NCBI GenBank assembly: GCA_963832985.1
Contig: CAWHWG010000001.1
Location: forward strand, 221,271 to 285,270
Direction: 5' to 3'
Origin: Rubricoccaceae bacterium
GTDB lineage: Bacteria; Bacteroidota; Rhodothermia; Rhodothermales; Rubricoccaceae
Length of the DNA: 64,000 nucleotides
Below the pieces are notes generated by a model. That model made no database searches. It saw nothing but the letters and a program-made list of their open reading frames with translations, and was not told the origin of the DNA. Both the position numbers and the translations under genes were made by a program. Shown in pieces: positions 43,364-50,006 of this stretch (positions are counted from its first letter, which is position 1; every line of letters starts with the position of its first letter).

Positions 43364-43451
43364 CCGTTCTCGGCCTCGAGGCCGACGCTCTGCAACCTGT
43401 CAGCGGGGACCTCGTCATGTACGGGGTCCCCGCTCTCCTTTTCAGACTCTG

Positions 43452-43841
43452 ATGAATCGCTCCAACTGGCTCCTTCTCGCCCTCAACGCATTCATGGTCT
43501 TCGGGGCATTCGTCGGGTTCGCCAGCAACGAGGAGGAGGTCCTGATGGTTGGCGCCCTGCTCGCGATGCTCGTCGGAGTCGCGAACGTTGCGTCCCTCAT
43601 TCTGAACCGGCGCAAGGAGCAGGCGCCCAAAGCGAAAAGGTCCGTAGGGGACGAGATGGACGCCCGAACGATCCTCGACCTCGACGCCCGCCTCGAGGCC
43701 GTCGAGCGAGCTCAGGCCGATGCCGCGGACGCCGCAATGTGGCGAGCGCTCGTGGAGAGTGGCCAGGTCACTGGCCCCGCCGCCGACCTCGAGGACGCCA
43801 CCGGAATGACGTCTCCGCTGCTGTCGAGGAACGGCCAGTAG
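43452..43841 (+). CDS. Hypothetical membrane protein (2 TM plus short coiled coil)
   Basis: 129-aa ORF with two hydrophobic N-terminal segments and LDARLEAVE. Confidence 0.6.
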   Translation: MNRSNWLLLALNAFMVFGAFVGFASNEEEVLMVGALLAMLVGVANVASLILNRRKEQAPKAKRSVGDEMDARTILDLDARLEAVERAQADAADAAMWRALVESGQVTGPAADLEDATGMTSPLLSRNGQ

Positions 43842-43848
43842 CGACTCG

Positions 43849-44367
43849 CTATGGCGCGAGCGTGGCCTCGAGGACGGTCCTCACGCTGCTGTCTCCCTTC
43901 GAGTCCTCGAGGGCGAGGGTGCGGCCGGTGGACGGCATGAGTTGCATCAGGCCACGCGCTCCAACGCCCGAGGTGGCGCGCGTCGAGGACTGTGACTCCT
44001 GCCGGATCAGCGCCGCCGCGACGAACGGGTCGATACCGTTGGTTTGCGCCTCGGCCTCGATGCGGTCCACAAGCGTCGCGGCGTCCACGAGCCGAACGCT
44101 CAGGTCTTCAGTCGCGTCGAGGTCGGGCAGCGACACTCGCCGGCAGCCTCGCGCGACGAGCACATGACCGTAGTTCGTGTGCCTCCCGGGCTCCACAGCC
44201 AGACGGCCGAGCGCGTCCCACCGGTCGGCCTCGAAGCCGGCCTCCTCCAACAGCTCCCGTGTGGCGGCCTCGAGGGCGTCCTTCCCAGGATCGATCATGC
44301 CGGCAGGAAGCTCCAGAGCGTCATCCACCAGCGGCGGATCAGGGTCCCCGAGGCGAGCGTGGTCCAA
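43849..44367 (-). pseudogene. Chimeric remnant: 5'-truncated NUDIX hydrolase fused in frame to a lytic transglycosylase (SLT) fragment
   Basis: Nudix box ELPAGMIDPGKDALEAATRELLEEAG, followed by SLT motifs GIDPFVAAALIRQES and SGVGARGLMQLMPSTG; both are incomplete. Confidence 0.7.
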
Positions 44368-44495
44368 CGTCGAGATGCGTCGGGGGGGTCACTCATATTG
44401 CTTGGGGACAGCGCACAACCGACGGCGACATTGAGGGGGCGGAAGGTCACACAACACAGTAACGGCCCCCTATTTACAGGAGGTCCGTCCTATTT

Positions 44496-44539
44496 GAGCG
44501 AGACTCGAACCCGTGACCTCCTCCACCTTGGCAGGATGG
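44496..44539 (-). other. Degenerate 3' half of tRNA-Gly(GCC), possible att-site scar
   Basis: Minus strand CCATCCTGCCAAGGTGGAGGAGGTCACGGGTTCGAGTCTCGCTC resembles an anticodon arm (GCC) plus T-arm; no 5' half. Confidence 0.55.
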
Positions 44540-44653
44540 GAGACAATGATCTATAAATGGACCCCAAACAATTGCATATAAATTTGTTTACTATAAAAAA
44601 ATAACATGTGGTTTACTGTTTGTCATATTAGTGACCTGCCCTTGAACGACGGC

Positions 44654-45666
44654 TACAGCGTGACGGGGAAGCTCTGATCCGGTAGCTTCGCCGCTCCGTG
44701 CTGCCCATGGCGATCTCGACCGACCTCCGCCGCCGCGCCGTCGATGCCTACGAGCGCGGAGATGGCTCTCTGCCCACCGTGGCCGCTCGATTCGCCGTCG
44801 GCGAGGCGTCGCTCGGACGCTGGCTCCGGCGCAAGCGCGAGACCGGATCCGTCGAGCGTGCGCCCCGCACCGGCGGCAATCCGCGCCGCGTCACGCCCGG
44901 CGGCGAGGCACTCCTGCGTGCGTGGCTCGACGAGGATCCGTCGGTGGCACAGCACGTGCTCGCCGCCCGGCTGGCGGACGCCGGCGAGCCTGCGGTCTGC
45001 CAGCAGACTGTGAGCCAGACGCTGGCCCGGATGGCGCTGACGCTCAAAAAAAGTCCTTCCGAGCCGTCCAGCGACTCCGACCTGACATCGTAGAGGAGCG
45101 TGAGGCGTTCGCCGCTTGGCAGCCGACCATCGAGGGATCACGCGTGGTGTGCGTCGACGAGCGCGGCATCGTCGCCGGAGGTCGGGTCTCGTACGGCTAC
45201 GCGCCTCGAGGTGAGCGCTGCGAGGAGCACGCACCGTATCGCAAAGGGCGTCGGACGAGTTTGCTCGGCTGGGTGGGCCTCGGGCGTGGCGGGGTGGTCG
45301 CTATCGAAGGCTCGGTCAACAGCGACGTGTTTGAGCACTTCGTGCGCGACCACCTCGCGCCGAAGCTGAGGCCGGGTGACATCGTGATTTGGGATAATCA
45401 CTCGGTCCACAAGCGGCCGGAGCTACGAGCGCTGATCGAGGCGCGCGGGGCGGCGTTGGTGTGGCAGCCGCGCTACTCGCCGGAGTTCAATGCTGTCGAA
45501 GAGATGTGGTCGAAGGTGAAGCACCTCGTCAAGCGTGCGCGGGCCGACACCGCAGCGGCGCTGACCGGAGCGCTGGCAGCAGCCGTGGCTGCGCTGACGT
45601 GGGAGGACTCGCTCGGCTGGCTGTGCCACGCGGGCTACCGGATCAGTCCTACCGAGTAACGCTGTA
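44654..45666 (+). mobile_element. IS630-family insertion sequence with TA target duplication (CTAG target)
   Basis: Imperfect terminal IRs TAcagcgtgacggggaagctctgatccggtagc and (reverse complement) TAcagcgttactcggtaggactgatccggtagc; TA at 44654-55 and 45665-66. Confidence 0.92.
44707..45659 (+). CDS. IS630 transposase, two ORFs joined by a -1 frameshift at A7G (45046-45053)
   Basis: HTH MAISTDLRRRAV...; DDE part VCVDE, VIWDNHSVHK, PRYSPEFNAVEEMWSKVK; ctcaaaaaaagtcc slippery site. Confidence 0.9.
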
Positions 45667-48111
45667 GAGGCCGAACGTGACTGTCGCTTCGTTGGCCTGC
45701 AACGTCCATTCCAACCGAACGACGACCGCTCCCACGGTCGAGGTCGTCACTAGGTCATCGGAGGGCACAACGATGCCATCCACCCGCACAGGTCCGAAAG
45801 CGGTTGGCGAGACTACTTCCACCTCCACTCTCTGGCCAACCACACCTACGAGATGGACCATCAACGCGTCCGCTGACCGCGTCACCGACTCTACGCGGCC
45901 CGTCGCCGCACTTAGGTAAGGCGCCTCGGGCATACCACGATCGAGTTCGATGTGCGAGGCGGTCCCTAGTACGACGGCGGATGGCGATTCGACACCATCG
46001 ATCACGATGCGGCGGAACGTTGTCCCTCTGCCTGACCACGTCACCCAGGTGGTCTCCCCGCCAATGGCGAGGTCGTATGCGACAGCGTCAAACCCCTCCG
46101 GAAGCATCGGGCTAAACGACAGGTTCCACGGTGTCTCGCGGACGCCCGCGAGTTGGTACAGAACGTTCAGGAACCAGCCACCTGCCCACAGAAACGTTGG
46201 CTTGTCGATCGCGCCGTACGCCGTCGAGGTCGTATCTGCATTGCGGTACTCGTAGAACGCAGGCTGGCCATTCGGGCTGTCCTCTACTCCTGCGACGCTG
46301 AGATAACGCGTCAGCACATCGCGGGCCTCGCCCACTCGTCCAGCCGCGATCAGGCCAAGCGAGTACCACGCGTTTCCTTGTGGCCATACGCCGCCATTCA
46401 TGTACACGCCTGGTGTGCCGACCTCCCCTTCTTGGAACTGGTACACGTCGGTCAGCAAGTGATAGTCAATCGGCATGGCGTTGCGGACACCGACGTTCTC
46501 GTCCAGCAGCTCTCGCCGCGCCGTGTTGAGCAACGTGTCGCGTTTCCCATCATCAAGCAGGCCGAACCATGCTGCTACCAGCGAGCCGGTGTAGTAGTGG
46601 CGGTCTGTGCGGGTCGAGTCGAGGCCGTTCAGGAGATAACCCGCCTCCTCATCCCACAAGTCGTCGACAAGGGCGCGGCGCATCCGGTCGGCGCGCTGGA
46701 CGAGGTCAGCCAGATCGGCGCTGTCGCGACCGAGCGTCAGCGTGAGGCTTGCGTAGGCGTCCAAGGCTCGGATCGCGAGCGCGGTGAGGTATGAGCGGGG
46801 ACCGGGGACATGACCGATATCCCACCAGTCCGGCCGTTCGGCCACCATCAGCCCGTCACGCTCATTGGCGAGCATCAGCGCCATGCTCTTCTGGAGCGTC
46901 GGGTATAGCGCCTCGACCGTCGCCGTGTCGCCACTATGCTGGAGGTACGAGGCCGCCAAGATCACCACCCATAGGTGGTTCCAATTGTCCGCGTTCGCGG
47001 GCTCAACGACATACGCACCATCCTTCCAGTAGCGCGCGTGAGGCAAGATCGAGTCCGCGCGGACGAGGGACTGTACGTAGAGGAGGTCGTCGCGGACGCG
47101 GGCGAGGTCGAAGTGGACAGCACCCAGGTCGGTCAACAGGAGGTCGTGGGTAAAGAAGAAATTGTATTCGGCTGGGCTGGGCATCGGGACAAGGCGCCCC
47201 TCCAGCATGTGCCGGTCTGCGCGTAGTAGCGCTCGTGACAGGCGGTTGGTCTCTTGGAGCGCTGGATCCAGCCCCTCGAAGCGGCCCACGTCCCGCACGT
47301 AGGTCCGGATGGCGTCCTCCGTTGCCTCCACCGCCCCGGCCCACCCCCTCTCAGCGCGCTGACGGACGGCCTCGACATCCCGCTGTCGGCTTGTCCCGAT
47401 GAGTTGCGTGACGACAAGGGAGTCACCGGGCGCGAGGTCGCGGGTGTAGCGAAACGCAGAGGTGGAACCTGCAGGTTCGCGCCCAGCGTCGGGGGCGGCT
47501 CCGACGTTGGAAACAAACATGGACACCGAGTCGGTGTCTGCGGCGTCGTAGGACGCAATGAATGCCGATCCGTCACCCGCGAATGCCGTCCGCGTCGGCT
47601 CGCGAGAGGTGTAGGTGTGGGAGGTACGCAGCGTCAGGTCCATTCGGGCGTCCACCTCGAACGAGGCACGGCGGCCGGTCCGGTTCACCAGCGTGAACTG
47701 CAAGACGACGATGGGCAGGTCGTCGGGGAAGCGGTACGAAAGGGTGCCGTCATAGAGCGGCGTCTGGCCGTGGAATTTGACCGCGTAGGGCGTCCAGTGG
47801 TAGGCCCAAGGCGATGTGCCCAACGTGTCGGCCTCGCCGTCGACGCGAACGATGAGAGTCAAGGGCCGCGACTCGCCCCGTTCCCAATACCCGGTGCTTA
47901 GATCAAGGCTGTTGGCGACCGGGTCGTAAAAGCTGATCCGCGCCGGGACCGGTCGGCTGTCGTGAAACTCGACACCAGCGTACGCGCCGCCCACCTCCAC
48001 CTGTCCGCGTAGCCCGTCGAAGGCGACCGACAACGTGTCGCGCCCCTGGGAGTAGGCGCCAGGGGCAAGGAGTACAAGCAGGACGAACGCCGGCGCAAGG
48101 AGACGGAACAT
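45649..48111 (-). CDS. Secreted six-hairpin (alpha/alpha)6 glycoside hydrolase-like protein
   Basis: Signal peptide MFRLLAPAFVLLVLLAPGAYS-Q; YNFFFTHD, Y..HSGD...EALYP, PDWWD, LWDEEAGY, YMNGGVWP, FYEY, FLWAGG motifs. Exact GH family not assignable by eye. Confidence 0.75.
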   Translation of the reverse strand: MFRLLAPAFVLLVLLAPGAYSQGRDTLSVAFDGLRGQVEVGGAYAGVEFHDSRPVPARISFYDPVANSLDLSTGYWERGESRPLTLIVRVDGEADTLGTSPWAYHWTPYAVKFHGQTPLYDGTLSYRFPDDLPIVVLQFTLVNRTGRRASFEVDARMDLTLRTSHTYTSREPTRTAFAGDGSAFIASYDAADTDSVSMFVSNVGAAPDAGREPAGSTSAFRYTRDLAPGDSLVVTQLIGTSRQRDVEAVRQRAERGWAGAVEATEDAIRTYVRDVGRFEGLDPALQETNRLSRALLRADRHMLEGRLVPMPSPAEYNFFFTHDLLLTDLGAVHFDLARVRDDLLYVQSLVRADSILPHARYWKDGAYVVEPANADNWNHLWVVILAASYLQHSGDTATVEALYPTLQKSMALMLANERDGLMVAERPDWWDIGHVPGPRSYLTALAIRALDAYASLTLTLGRDSADLADLVQRADRMRRALVDDLWDEEAGYLLNGLDSTRTDRHYYTGSLVAAWFGLLDDGKRDTLLNTARRELLDENVGVRNAMPIDYHLLTDVYQFQEGEVGTPGVYMNGGVWPQGNAWYSLGLIAAGRVGEARDVLTRYLSVAGVEDSPNGQPAFYEYRNADTTSTAYGAIDKPTFLWAGGWFLNVLYQLAGVRETPWNLSFSPMLPEGFDAVAYDLAIGGETTWVTWSGRGTTFRRIVIDGVESPSAVVLGTASHIELDRGMPEAPYLSAATGRVESVTRSADALMVHLVGVVGQRVEVEVVSPTAFGPVRVDGIVVPSDDLVTTSTVGAVVVRLEWTLQANEATVTFGLYSVTR

Positions 48112-48316
48112 CGACCCCGCAGGGGACGACGAACGGCGTGGAGGGGTAGCGGTAGACATGGTCGAGTGTAAAAGAGGGAGAAGGAGATCCATGTCCGCAC
48201 GAGTCGCCATGACGGGCAGCGTCCTGTCACACCCCGCCTGCCGGAAGGCCTTCCATCGCCTAGAACCTTGCCCGTTGCGCGATCCACACTTGCGTAGCCC
48301 GAAGGTAGACGTTTCA

Positions 48317-48332
48317 ATCGAAGCGCTTCGAT
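48317..48332. promoter_or_regulatory. LacI-type operator 1
   Basis: Perfect 16-bp palindrome ATCGAAGCGCTTCGAT with central AAGCGCTT, upstream of the glycosidase. Confidence 0.75.
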
Positions 48333-48779
48333 GTTTGACATGACCTCCTCGTCGGGGCTCAAGGTCGAGGACGGGATCATGGTTCGCCCAGGGTTCGCCG
48401 GTCTGTGGCTTCAAGGATGATTCGCGCCCTCGAGGACGGGTCGCCCTGGGCACGTCATGCCGTACCCCTACCTACCCAATGCCATGTTCGCCCTGGAGGT
48501 CGGATCATCCTCGAGGGCGCAACAGTGGTGGGCCGTCCTCGAGGGCGAATCAGTCGGAGCGGAGGGCGCGGACGGGGTCGGCGATGGCTCTCTTGAGGTT
48601 CTGGATCGAGGCGGAGGCGAGTTAGGCGTCGTCCTTGTCGCATATGGCTCGTAGCCGACCCCTCTAGAAAGCAGCCTTGGTGTGCCCGCCCCCCTTTAGA
48701 ACACGTCGGCTCGTGATCCGACGACTGCAGGGTAATTCTCGCACGGCCGGCACGAGTCGCTGCTGAGTATCGCCGAGAG

Positions 48780-48794
48780 ATCGAAGCGCTTGAT
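48780..48794. promoter_or_regulatory. LacI-type operator 2 (imperfect)
   Basis: ATCGAAGCGCTTGAT. Confidence 0.55.
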
Positions 48795-48847
48795 CTGCCC
48801 GCAGGCTCCCTCCAGGCAAGATGGACGTCTAGGACCTAAATGAGTCC

Positions 48848-48905
48848 TTGACTCGCTCGTCATTGATCCCTATCTATCGAAGCGCTTCGACTGGAAGCGC
48901 TCCCA
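48848..48905 (+). promoter_or_regulatory. Putative lacI promoter with tandem operators 3 and 4
   Basis: TTGACT-N17-TATCTA, then TCGAAGCGCTTCGA (48877-48890) and TGGAAGCGCTCCCA (48892-48905), just before the ATG at 48917. Confidence 0.7.
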
Positions 48906-48916
48906 TCTACAGTTTC

Positions 48917-49942
48917 ATGTCAAGCCGAGTGACCATCTCCGACGTTGCCGCGAAAGCTGGAGTCTCCATCTCGACGGTATCGCTCGTGATGAACGGGAAG
49001 GGGTCCGTTGCCGACGCAACACGCTCTCGCGTCCAGTCCGCTGCCACACGACTGGGGTACACGCCCTCGAGGACGGCGCGAGGGCTGGCCGCGGGCCGGA
49101 CGGGCAACCTGGGGTTCGTGCTCCGCGATGATCACTTCCGGCAGAGCGAGCCCTTCTACACTCGCGTCTTCCTAGGTGCTGAGTTTGAAGCGAGGCGACG
49201 GGGTCTGTACGTGCTCCTTTCGACAGTTCCTGAGCACTACGACGCGAGCCACGCGCCGCGCTTCTTGCAGGAGCACAGCGTCGACGGCGTGGTGGTCGCG
49301 GGCCGCGTCGACGACGGATTCCTCGACGCTCTCAGGCGGTCTGGCATCCCCTTCGTGCTGACCGATTATGCGTACGGGACCGCGCCCTCGGTCCAGGTGG
49401 ACAATGAGGGCGGGGCGCGTCTGGCGGCGACTCACCTGCTCGAGCGCGGGTACACCACGTCGGCCTTTGTCGGAGGAGACCGTGACCACCCGAGCATGTC
49501 TGCGCGGTGTCACAGTTTCGTGTCCGCCATGGCTTCTGCCGGACACCCCGTTGGGGAGTCCGGGATCGTTACGGACATCGGGGCGGCGGACCGACCGACC
49601 GGGGCGCGGCTGGGTGCGAGGCTTCTGGACGCAGCGGATCGCCCGCACGCGGTGTTCTGCGGCAACGACGCCTTGGCACTGGGTGTCCTTGACGCGGCTC
49701 GCGCTCGGGGCCTGAGCGTCCCGGGCGACGTGGCCGTCGTCGGATTCGACGACGTCGAGGGCGCTGCGCTGTCCGACCCTCCCCTGACCACGATCCGTGT
49801 GTGCAAAGAGCAACTCGGGGAGGTCGCCCTAGGGATTTTGGCCGAGCGCACGGCGCCGACGAACCCTGGTGACGCCCGCTTTGACCGAGCACCCTCGATC
49901 ACGTCGATCACTACGGACCTCATCGTGAGGGCCTCGAGCTAG
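48917..49942 (+). CDS. LacI family transcriptional regulator
   Basis: VTISDVAAKAGVSISTVSLVMN, LGYTP, FCGNDALALG, VPGDVAVVGFDD, PPLTTI. Confidence 0.96.
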   Translation: MSSRVTISDVAAKAGVSISTVSLVMNGKGSVADATRSRVQSAATRLGYTPSRTARGLAAGRTGNLGFVLRDDHFRQSEPFYTRVFLGAEFEARRRGLYVLLSTVPEHYDASHAPRFLQEHSVDGVVVAGRVDDGFLDALRRSGIPFVLTDYAYGTAPSVQVDNEGGARLAATHLLERGYTTSAFVGGDRDHPSMSARCHSFVSAMASAGHPVGESGIVTDIGAADRPTGARLGARLLDAADRPHAVFCGNDALALGVLDAARARGLSVPGDVAVVGFDDVEGAALSDPPLTTIRVCKEQLGEVALGILAERTAPTNPGDARFDRAPSITSITTDLIVRASS

Positions 49943-49965
49943 TCCACATTCGTTTTCCGGTCGAG

Positions 49966-49985
49966 TTGACCTGGAAGCGCTTTCC
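49966..49985 (+). promoter_or_regulatory. LacI-type operator 5 adjacent to a -35-like TTGACC
   Basis: TTGACC-TGGAAGCGCTTTCC, about 20 bp upstream of the ATG at 50007. Confidence 0.65.
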
Positions 49986-50006
49986 CTATTCCACTCCTAC
50001 ACTCTC

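Noticed and set aside
44496-44539. Functional tRNA-Gly gene
   Set aside because: No acceptor stem or D-arm and the anticodon stem is imperfect; only a fragment.
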